Below are positions 11,150 through 20,723 of a stretch of 64,000 bases of DNA, in pieces. The translations under genes were made by a program, and so were the position numbers. The notes below the pieces were generated by a model. It saw nothing but the letters and a program-made list of their open reading frames with translations. It made no database searches and had not been told where the DNA came from. The stretch is taken from the NCBI GenBank assembly GCA_964404065.1, contig CAYOIP010000001.1, positions 21,721-85,720 on the forward strand, read 5' to 3'. How positions within the stretch are numbered: position 1 is the stretch's first letter; each line of letters opens with the position of its first letter. The stretch comes from an uncultured Candidatus Peribacteria bacterium (GTDB lineage Bacteria > Patescibacteriota > Gracilibacteria > BD1-5 > UBA6164).

Positions 11150-11177
11150 AATATAAACACAAAACTATTTTTGTCAA
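11150..11177 (-). promoter_or_regulatory. candidate sigma70-type promoter of the standard-code cassette
   Basis: Minus strand TTGACA-16 nt-TATATT, immediately after the MFS stop codon. Confidence 0.35.
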
Positions 11178-11178
11178 A

Positions 11179-12357
11179 CTAATCTTTCCTCAAAAACCAG
11201 AAATAAACAGAGCTTAAACTAAAAAATAAAATTATTCATAGAACCAAAAATCCTAAACTATAAGATTTATTCATTATAAAAGCAATAGGAATCATTAAAA
11301 GTATTTGAATAATAGATGATAAAAATCATTTTATTGAAAGTATAGTTGATTTATATTTTTTTCATGGAATTAAGTTTATTATATGATCAGTATAAATATC
11401 ATACCTTCACCACATATATCAAATTACAACTGAAAATAATAGTCAAAGTAAATATGGATTTGTTATAAAATAGGCTCAAATATAATAAAAACTAAAAACA
11501 AAAATTTCAATTAACATCAATTTATGAAAATCAATTTTATCTTCTATCTTATGAGCAAATTGTCATACAATAAACCGAACAAATCTTGAAAGTCACATTA
11601 CAAATCATAAAAAAATTACTGGATAACCTAAACTTTCTAAATATGGAGTTCTAAAAGATCAATCAACTTGTAAAAATGCTATAATAACTGATGAAAATAT
11701 TATTACCTGAAATAATCATGTTCAAGAAGATAATTTTAAAGTTTCTTTTAAATTTTTTATATTTATTTTTTCATTTTCATGATGTTCTGATTTAACCGGG
11801 AAAAGTAAAAAAGCTACTAAAAGTCATATTATATCTATTCATAAAGCTATTATAAAAGGAAAAACTAAACTAATTTTTGTAAAAAAAGGTAGAGTAATTA
11901 TAAAAAATATACTTAAAAACGAAACCCATCATTTCATAGAAGATGAAATTTTTTTAAATTTACTTTCTTTTCAAAGAGATGTTAATGTATCATGTAAAAA
12001 GATTGAAGTATTTCATGTAGTAAAAGCATCTGCTCACAGTGCCATAAATATAGCTCAAGCAAAAAAATACCAAAAATTATCTCAAATAACAAACCATAAG
12101 CTAGATAATATTAAAAAGATTTTACTTATAATTATAGTAATTTTATTTCAAAATTTATCTCAAATATATCATGCAGGAAGCTGAAAAACTAAAGATGCAA
12201 TATATCAAGCAGTCATATAAAATCATATTTCCTGAGCTTGAGAGTTTTGCAAAGATAAATAATAAATACTCAAAATTGGAATAAAGTTTCTTCTTGAAGT
12301 GAAAAGTATTATAAAATGTTTCCAAATATTGGATTCAAGTCAAGTGAGTTTGAACAT
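11179..12357 (-). CDS. MFS-type transporter
   Basis: 392 aa, about 12 hydrophobic spans; motif-A-like GYIGDKFGNK. By hand count about 27 Gly are TGA versus 2 GGN. Confidence 0.65.
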
Positions 12358-12366
12358 TGCAAAAAA

Positions 12367-12392
12367 ATAATAAGCTAAATTTAGCTTATTAT
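12367..12392. repeat. AT-rich junction palindrome, perfect 26-nt copy
   Basis: ataataagctaaatttagcttattat lies between the stop at 12399-12401 and the MFS ATG at 12357. Confidence 0.75.
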
Positions 12393-12398
12393 ATAAAA

Positions 12399-12935
12399 TT
12401 ACCATTTAGGAACAAATTTTTTTTGGCTATAAGGTTTTATTCATCAATATCTTTCAAATATTTCTATTAATTTTCATAAATCAGTATATTTATCATCTAA
12501 AAAATATAATATTGGATCTCAAGAACTCATTAAAAAAGCAGATTTTCAAGAACCATATATATAAGCAGTATTTTTTGATGGTCAAGATGATTTACGTTCT
12601 TCAAGAAAATTAAATCTTCAATTAATTTGTTGTTTTGCTTCAATAATTGCTTTTTCAACTTCTCAACTATATTTTTCTCAAGGAAATCAATGAGAACTTA
12701 ATTTTCTAACTAAATTCTCAGATAACAGATTTTGAAGTTCAAATAAACGAATAGAATCACTAATTTCTAATATTCCATTAACAAGTAATACTCTACGAAT
12801 TACTTCTTGTACAGGTTGAGGTAATGAAAAAAAATATTTTTTTAATGTATCAAAATTTAGATAATAACCTAGTTGTTCTTTTTCTTCCAATGAAAAATCT
12901 TGATCAAATAAAGGAATAGTTAGATTAGAGTTCAT
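12399..12935 (-). CDS. hypothetical protein (178 aa)
   Basis: Fragment 12687-12935 extends through TGA codons to TAA at 12401-12399. No motif recognised. Confidence 0.5.
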
Positions 12936-12996
12936 AAATAAAATTAAAAAAATAAGAATTATTTATAATCCTTATTTATAAAAAGTCAATATTTTT

Positions 12997-13461
12997 TTAC
13001 AACTTAAATATTTTTATAAGTTTGTCTGTAAAACTTAATTCTCAGTTTTCATCTTCTACTATGAAATTTGGTAAAATTCATTTTAAATTTAAAGCAATAT
13101 TATTATCAATAGTTAAATCTAAAAAGTTAATTCATTTTTTTACCAAAGCAAGTCTTAAGATAACGGCATTTTCTCAATCGTAAATCAAAGTATAAGATGA
13201 AATTTTTGAAAAATCATAAAATGAATTATTTACTTTTATTCATAAATTTGTGATATAAACTTGAGTAGTTTCTTCTGAATTATTTTCTAAAAAAAAGCTA
13301 ACTCAAGTAATCAAAATAATTAAAAAACTCATCACATATTGGCGAGTCAAAAATCACCAAACAACAAGTCAAATTATCACAGATAAAGCTATTATATACC
13401 ACAAATTTCATCTATTTTTGTCATTTGAAAAACTCCAATTATAAATTATTTCATTGTCCAT
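12997..13461 (-). CDS. hypothetical membrane protein (154 aa)
   Basis: MDNEIIYNWSFSNDKNRGNLWYIIALSVIIGLVVWGFL...; two hydrophobic spans. The ATG lies 2 nt after the upstream stop. Confidence 0.5.
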
Positions 13462-13463
13462 TT

Positions 13464-13817
13464 TTATGAAAAATTATCAATTATTAATTTAAATATAATC
13501 CAACTCAAACTTGATAAAACAAGTCAGGCAAGAGCATAAAATATAGTCTTTTTTCATTCAGATTTTTCTCATTCAAGTCATCAAAGAGATATTCTAAAGG
13601 CTCAAATAATTATAAAAATTATTGAAATAGTTGCAGCAAATCACATCAGATAATCAATAGCATAGCTTATAATTTTTGGAATATCTCAAGTGTGAATATC
13701 TCAAGTTCTAATTTTTGTTTGATCAACTCACCCTAATATTCCAGCATCTGTTGCATAGATTTTTGAATGAAGTGAAAAAAGTAGTGGAATTATAAAATAT
13801 TTTATTTTATTTATCAT
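13464..13817 (-). CDS. T4SS-pilin-like small secreted/membrane protein (VirB2/TrbC-like)
   Basis: 117 aa. Signal peptide, then two hydrophobic helices flanking a GGLEGEKSEGKK loop. Same layout as the 48758-49132 paralog. Confidence 0.5.
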
Positions 13818-13841
13818 AATTTCAAGTTATCATTTAAATTT

Positions 13842-13879
13842 CCCCTCTACCTCAAGGGAGAGGGGTTAGGGGTGAGGGC
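13842..13879. repeat. GC-rich palindromic element, single-unit copy C
   Basis: cccctctacctcaagggagaggggttaggggtgagggc. Its terminal ...GGGCTATAT supplies the TAG stop of the upstream gene. Flanked by TTAAATT on both sides. Confidence 0.85.
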
Positions 13880-14586
13880 TATATTAAATTATAATTATCA
13901 ATTCAAGTTTTTAAGTTTGTAAAACTATCTAAACGAGGATTATAATATTCGCTTAAAAATTTTACAAGTTCAGTTTTATCAAGTTCAGAAGCTTTTATTC
14001 AAATAGATTCCAAACTAGTTTTTATAGTATTTATTCTAGTAGCAAGAGCTTTTTTGTTTTTATTTAAATTTTTTATTTGGTTTTTTATTCATATCAAATC
14101 ATCTTGTCCGTTTATTGATGCCCAGAAGTTTTTAAATTTCCCCACAAAACTTAGATCTCTAACAGAATTATCTCACTCATTATCTACAGCAACAACTATA
14201 TAAAAATCTTTTTTCATGATTTGAGCAACTTCAATTAATTTTTTTAAATATTCTATATATTCATAAGTTTGATTTTGTAGTAGAGAATTTGTTTGATTTA
14301 CAGCCAGTGAATTTAATTTGTTTAGGTATGTTTCTATATCAAGTTTTGTAGAACGAATCATGATTTGAATAGGGAAATCAATAGAGTTTAGAAATCTTTG
14401 AAAACTCATAATAATAGCATCTTGTTCTTCAATACTTTTAAGTAAAAAGTTTATAGTTGAACATTTTAATACTACTCTTGCTGAAAAATCTTTCATGATA
14501 ATTACATTGTCCCTTATTTGGGAAAAAGGTAAATATCTTTGTGTTGAAACATCTGAAATTTGTTTTTTTGCTTGATTTACTGGCAT
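13879..14586 (-). CDS. VirB4/PrgJ-like N-terminal fragment (235 aa, no ATPase domain)
   Basis: STQRYLPFSQIRDNVIIMKDFSARVVLKCSTINFLLKSIEEQDAIIMSFQRFLNSIDFPIQIMIRSTKLDIETYL resembles the N-terminal region of Gram-positive/CPR VirB4 ATPases. It ends ...NLI-TAG at the repeat edge. Confidence 0.45.
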
Positions 14587-14615
14587 AAGTTTGTTTTGTT
14601 GGTTATTGTATAATT

Positions 14616-14686
14616 CCCCCCACCTAGCATCCCCCTGGCAGGGGAGGAATTTTCCCCTCTTGCTAGGGAGGGGTTAGGGGAGGGGC
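14616..14686. repeat. GC-rich palindromic element, double-arm copy D
   Basis: ccccccacctagcatccccctggcaggggagg-aatttt-cccctcttgctagggaggggttaggggaggggc. It supplies the TAG stop of the PrgI-like gene. Confidence 0.9.
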
Positions 14687-15099
14687 TATATTTTATGTAA
14701 ATTATCTTCTAAAGTCTTTATTTTTTCCATTTTATCTTTGAAATCAATATTTTCTTCTTTTTTTGTATCTTGAACAATTATTCAAATATCAAGAGGAGAA
14801 AAACTATCAATTCAAGCTTTCCAAGTTCTTTCTTTAAAATTTATATTAAATCTTAAAAGAGCTAATATAAATGGTAAAAAAGTCATTTCATATTGTTTAA
14901 AAAGAGCAATAAACAAAGTTATTCAAAATATAATTATTGCAGGAATTGCAGCAACTTCACCTGAAGAATATTTTTCTAGTGAAACAAAAACTCCATAAGC
15001 AATTGCTCATCATCACATAATTATCATAAGTTGTTTTAAACTTAATCAAAGCAAAATTGGATCTTCATTTTCTATCTGAACAGGAATTTTGTATTGCAT
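14686..15099 (-). CDS. PrgI-family (VirB3-like) T4SS membrane protein
   Basis: MQYKIPVQIENEDPILLGLSLKQLMIIMGGGAIAYGVF... is the typical PrgI N-terminus. 137 aa. Confidence 0.55.
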
Positions 15100-15139
15100 A
15101 ATTAATATTTATTACTTAATTTTTTGTATTATATTCATT

Positions 15140-15589
15140 TTAACCCTTTTTTTCAAATATTTCTTGCCAAATCTTGTTTTCAAATTCATTCATTATTTTA
15201 TAATCATTTTCTTCTTCATGGTCAAATCATAAAATATGTAATAGAGAATGAATTAAAAGTTTATAAAATTCTTTTTCACTTCAAAGCTGGTATTCCACTC
15301 ACCCAGAAATAATTTTTTCTTCGCAAAAAACGACTTCTCAGGCTATGTCATCTTCTTTTAATTCTGAAAAATTATTATAATAATGAAAGCTTAAAACATC
15401 TGTAACACTATCTTTATTTCTATAGTTTTTATTTAAGTTTTGAATTTCTTCAGGAGTTATAAAAACTATATTTAAAATTCCCCTTTGTTCTTTATTTATA
15501 GTATTGCCCACTTCTAAAAAAATCCTTTTTATTATTTTATCATCTAACTTAAAGCTTGGAGGATTTATGATTTCAAATTTAAACATCAA
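15140..15589 (-). CDS. ybeY: rRNA maturation endoribonuclease YbeY
   Basis: Fragment 15338-15589 continues to HSLLHILGFDHEEEND (the H..LH..G.DH zinc motif). 149 aa. Confidence 0.85.
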
Positions 15590-15883
15590 TAATTATTAAG
15601 TATTATTTACTTAGATTATAGAAAAAATTTCAAAAAATAAAAATTTATTGAAATAATTAAACTTATTAATATAATACAAAAGTCTATTTTAATGGTATTT
15701 GTTTAGATTAATTTTTTTCCTTACAGCTAAAAATTATCTGAAAGTTTCTTTGTAAGATAAGCATATGAGAATTAATTTTTTCAGAAAGTTTATCGGGGCT
15801 TTCTAAATCCTTGTCTAAAAAAAGGAATACAAAAAAGTCTATCTAACCTTAAAATGGATTTTTTAAATTTATAAATAAATATT

Positions 15884-16117
15884 ATGACTTTATTAACTGA
15901 AGAACAAAGAAAAAAATTAAGTGAATCTTGAATAAGAGCTCCTTATGTGAATGAAAATTGCATTGGTTGTAGTGCTTGCGTGGCTATATGTCCGGATGTA
16001 TTTGATTTAAGTGATGAAACTTATAGAGCTTATGTAAAAGAATTAGAAAATTATGATAATTCATGTATAAATGATGCAATATCAGCTTGTCCAGTAAATG
16101 CAATTTCTTGGAAATAA
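15884..16117 (+). CDS. small 4Fe-4S ferredoxin
   Basis: 77 aa; NCIGCSACVAICP ... SACPVNAI cysteine pattern. Confidence 0.8.
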
Positions 16118-16200
16118 AACAATTAAATGTCAATATAATTTCTTGGCAAATGAGTTTAAAATATGATAGACTATATAAAAGTTTATCATTTTTTTATTTT

Positions 16201-19200
16201 ATGGCAGAAATACAAAAACAAAATGAGTGATTAAAAGAACAAAAATCACCTAAAGAACAAACACAAACAAATTTGAATTATATGCTATCAGAGCTAAAAA
16301 AATGAACTCCAACAAAAGAAAAAAGAGATCATATGGTTAATTATGTTATAAAATTAGCAGAAATAGAAAGTAAATACGAGTGAGAAAAAGAAAATATAAA
16401 AAAGGATGTAAGATTTTTTATAGAATCATCTCTTTGAAATAGACTATATAGTCATTTATGAGAATACAATATTAAAAAGTTTGATGTTGATTGAAATGGT
16501 GAAATAGATTCAGAAGAAGAAAAAAATTACTCACAAGCAATGACTGAAGCTATATCACAAATAATAATAATGTTATGAGTAAATAATTTCTCTCAAACTC
16601 ACTATGAATCAGCATCAAAAGAGTGAATAACAAATGTAGATAAAAAATTGGCAAATATAGTTAATTTATGAAAACACTTTTTATGAGAAAAGGGTGAAAA
16701 AAATTTTTCAGAAGCATTATATCAAAGAGAATTAAGTATAAAAGAAGAAGAACTAAAACAAATAAAAGAAAGAAAATTTGATATAACATCAAAAGAAAGT
16801 AGATGAGATTTAGCGTTATTATTGTTTAAAGAATTTTGAGATTGAGTAGAAGATATTTTAAGGTTTCTTTGAAATATTCCTGCATGAATTATTTTACTTC
16901 CAAGATATTTAACATATAGAACTCTAACAAGCGAGGATAATTTAAATATACAAAGTAAAACAGATGCACAAATAAAATTAAATGAATTAGTAAAAGAAAA
17001 TCCATCTCTTTGACTCATAGAACTATTATGAGAAAAATGAGTAGAAATGATAAAGAAATTAGCAGAAATGTTTACCAGCTGAAAACAATGAGACATTGCA
17101 ATGCTAGTAGTTACAATAGCATGACTTTTAGCAGGGTGAGCTTGAGCAGCAAAATTATGACTAAATCTTTCAAGGAAATCAGCTGTAAATTCAGCAAGAT
17201 TAGCTTGAAGAGAAGCAAGAATTGCCTGAGAAACTACTTCAAGAACAACTAGACAGTGACTGAAAAAATGAGCACAAAAAACCTGAAAGTTTGCTGAAGT
17301 TACTGGAAGAGTTGATGATATAGTTTGAGGAGCTTGAATTGGTCATATGACGGGGCAATTTGGATGAAGTGCTGAAAAGATAAAGAATATTCAAGAGTCA
17401 GCAAATGATTCACATTATCATTCTAACTTTTCAACAGAAATTCCAGAAAGTTTAAGACAGCAAAATCCACTTGCTTGGATAGATAAATCATGAGAAATTC
17501 ACTATAATCAAACATCTTTAGAAGAAAAATTTGGTATAAAAATTACCACAGAAAACGGAAAAACTCTTTTTGACTGAAAAACTTTAAAAGACCATAAACA
17601 AGCTCAAGAAATACTTGATTATTTAAAGGAGTTAAAAGCTCACGAAGTTACTCATAGAATACTGGAAGCTAGAGGAATAACTGAAATAAAAGTTTGAGAT
17701 AAAATATATTCTCAAGAAGATATTTGTAGTATAGTTGATTGAAGTAGAAAAATAGAAAAATCAGAACTTGAAGCACTTGAAAAAGCACTCAAAGAAAAAC
17801 TTTGAGATGATTTTAGACTCTTAAAAAATTGAGAGTTAGATGCTGATTTTTTAAGAAGATATGATACAAAGATGGTAGCTGGGTGAGAAGATGTGAGGAG
17901 GAAAAGTGAGGCTGCGAAGGTAAGTTATAGGTTGGAGCAAATTCCAAAAAATACTGAAACTTTACTTACTTATGAATGAAAGGAAATTACAATATTTTTG
18001 TGAAATAATCAAATGATTCAGGTAATTAAAACATCTGATTTACCAAAAGATATAAGAGATAATTATAGAACTCCTTATTTAATTATTCAACCTGATTTAT
18101 TTTCTCAATCAAAACAAGAAAAGTGATTTAAATGATTAAGACAATGAGAACCAGTTTTAATTTGAAGAAATAATGAAAGATTCCAATTTTGAAATGATGT
18201 TTCGAAAAATCATGTTTATATAGCTTTAGAATGAGATACAATAAAATTATTTGATGATAGTACAAATGGTACTTTTGTTAATAAAGATATTTGAACATGA
18301 ATTTGAAAAAAGGAATCTCCATTAAAAGGCGAAAAAGTTGTTGAAGCAAATAATATTCAAAGAAATCAAGAAGTTTTAGCTGTTTGAGATTTACATGGGA
18401 ATATTGAAGCACTATGGGGAAATCTAAATTCTTTATGAGTTATTGATAAAAATAAAAATTGGATAGGTTGAGATAGAAAATTAGTATTTCAATGAGATAT
18501 ACTTGCAGATAGAAATACTCAATGACTTCAAATATTACAAGAAATAGAAAGACTAAAACTTCAAGCAAAAAACGCTTGATGAGATATTACAATTATTGCT
18601 GGAAATCATGATGATATTGCTGTTTCATTTTTATTATGAAAATGAGTTGCTTGAAGCAATTGAAGATGAAACTATAAAGATTTTAGAGATTGATGAGTTG
18701 ATCAAGCATTATGAATGCAAGAGTTTAGAAGATTTATAAATTCAAATTGAGATTTAAATGCGAGAGAAATTTTAGCAAATATGAGAAAATCTCCAGAATG
18801 AATGAAAATATTAGAAAGCATTTGTAGTATGAAACTTGTTGAACAAATTGATGATACTTTGTTTGTTCATACAGATATTACAAATGATATGGCAGAGGCT
18901 ATTTGAAACCTAGGAGTTAATAGAATAAATTCAATTTATCAACATTGATTAAGAAAGGTTCTTTTAGAATGATGAGAAGTAAGAAATTTAGATAATTCTT
19001 TTCATCAATTAGTAGATATATTTTTGAATACAGATAATAGAAAATATATGTCAAATAATCGTGGAGAATTTTTAAAATCAAAGGGTATTAATACTGTTAT
19101 TCATGGTCATACTGATCATAAATGAGCTGATGCACCAGTTATTGGATGAGTTTTAGTGAAATCAGTAGATAATAGTTATGGTAAAAATCCTAAATATGTA

Positions 19201-20613
19201 GATAATCCATCAATTTGAATTATTCGTAAGGATGGAAATATACAGGTTTGAGCTGAAAAGTTATCTATAAATTGAGGAAAACATGGAGATTATTTGGAAG
19301 TTAAAAAATGATTAACTCAAGAAATGTTAGATTCTATAGATTTTTCTAAAGTATTAAATGAATTAGATTCTATAATAAATTCTTGAATAGATACAATAAA
19401 AATAAATTTAGAAAAATTAAAACAAATATATAATAGTTTTAAAGAAGTTTTAATATATTGAAAATATGTTTTTCTTGATTTATTAAAGTGAAATAAAGCA
19501 GAGGATTTATGAATAAAATTAGAAAAATTATCAAATCCTAGATTATCTATTCAAGAAAGAAAAGATATAATTATGTCATTACCAAGAGAAACTCCTGAGC
19601 AAAAAGCTTTTATTCGTTTAGAAATTCAAAGAACGAGAGAAATGATAGATGTTTGAAGGTGAATTACTTTAGATTTAATAGAATCAATTACAAAAGCCAT
19701 TAAACATTGTGAAAGTAATTGACTTGCTTTTAAAGATATTGATAAAACTCCATATCATTGAATAATTAGTGAATATATTAATTATCTTCCCGAAGATATG
19801 AAAATGAAATTTGTTGAAAGATATTATTCATTAATATGAGATTTATCAAGACAAGATATACTTTCACATTTTTCAAAAGATGAATTATTAGATAGGTTTT
19901 TCTGAATGAAAGCAAATTGAAAATTTGATGTTGAAGTTTCTTGATTATCAGTAAATTTTAAATTTGATAATATTGAAGATTATGTATCAGCTTTTTGAAA
20001 AGAAGAATGACGTAAGTCTGCTTGATTTCAAGTAAGAAAAAAGTGATCATGAAATGCAATAGCTTTAAAAGAACATGATGAAGATACTTTTTTACATGAG
20101 TCACAACATGTTAGAAATGATAAAATTTCTCCATTATCTTTATGAAAACAAAATCGTTGACTATGAGAAAATGAAAAATGAACATTGCAAGCATCCAATT
20201 TTAATAACATAGAACAAGTAGTTAAAGAAATTTTTTGAGAAAAATTAAAATGATTATTGAATATAAATGCTAAAGATGAAATAATTGCATGGTTTGCATG
20301 AAATCCATATAATCCAAATATTAATTGGATTAAAGAAGTTATGTTAATGAAATGAAAAGAAAGTCCTTATGATTACAGTTTAATGTTAAGAGCTGAAATT
20401 TGACAAATATTATCACATAATCCACAATTACAATGAATAGCAGGAGGTTATATTTGAGAATATATGGAAAAATATGATAAAATTATTATAAATATGATTG
20501 ATGTTGTTTGTGATGCCCCAAATCCTAGAAGACTTGATGAACTTATGATAACTCCATTTCAAGAATGGTATAAATTTATGCCATGACTTACAAAAGCTGA
20601 TTTTGCTATTTAA
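16201..20613 (+). CDS. 1470-aa multidomain protein: EF-hand loop, TM/Gly-Ala segment, FHA domain, PPP-family (calcineurin-like) Ser/Thr phosphatase, long C-terminal extension
   Basis: Every codon was checked and is open under code 25. EF-hand DVDGNGEIDSEE (~16486-16521). FHA LIGRNNERFQFGNDVSKNHVYIALEGDTIKLFDDSTNGTFVN (~18150-18290). Phosphatase motifs GDLHGN, GDILADR, GNHDD, HGHTDH (~18380-19120). An alternative in-frame ATG exists at 16150. Confidence 0.8.
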
Positions 20614-20626
20614 AACTAAATCCCCT

Positions 20627-20653
20627 AAAAATCTCTTCACAGAGATTTTTTTC
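20627..20653 (+). terminator. intrinsic terminator
   Basis: aaatctct-tcac-agagattt followed by a T-run. Confidence 0.6.
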
Positions 20654-20723
20654 TTGCAAAAAATTTTGACTTTTTATATAAAAGTATATAATATGTTTAT
20701 ATTTATTTTTTAAATTCAAAATT

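Noticed and set aside
10418-11177. The standard-code cassette as part of a classical mobile element or genomic island.
   Set aside because: No integrase, transposase, tRNA-adjacent att site or flanking direct or inverted repeats are visible. Native genes resume within 100 bp on both sides.
15590-15883. The 294-bp gene-free region between ybeY and the ferredoxin gene as a possible ncRNA or riboswitch (small hairpins AGAAAG/CTTTCT and TCCTT/AAGGA).
   Set aside because: I recognised no conserved riboswitch, SRP, 6S or RNase P core. It is most simply a divergent promoter region. It remains unresolved without a covariance-model search.
16150-16200. An upstream in-frame ATG at 16150 as the start of the 1470-aa gene.
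   Set aside because: The frame is open there by chance, and a promoter-like tatataaa lies between 16150 and 16201. The start at 16201 is preferred but not proven.
16722-17252. ORF-track entries on the opposite strand or off frame within the giant gene. The same applies to 42132-42869, 44448-45403 and 55468-55851.
   Set aside because: These are shadow ORFs of low-complexity AT-rich coding sequence. The sense frame is open for kilobases under code 25 and carries recognisable domains or signal peptides.
17881-17940. A locally GC-rich patch in the giant gene (GGEDVRRKSEAAKVSYRLEQ) as a decayed repeat copy.
   Set aside because: It has no palindrome and no CCCTAAC/GGGTTAGGG core. It is probably just a compositional fluctuation.
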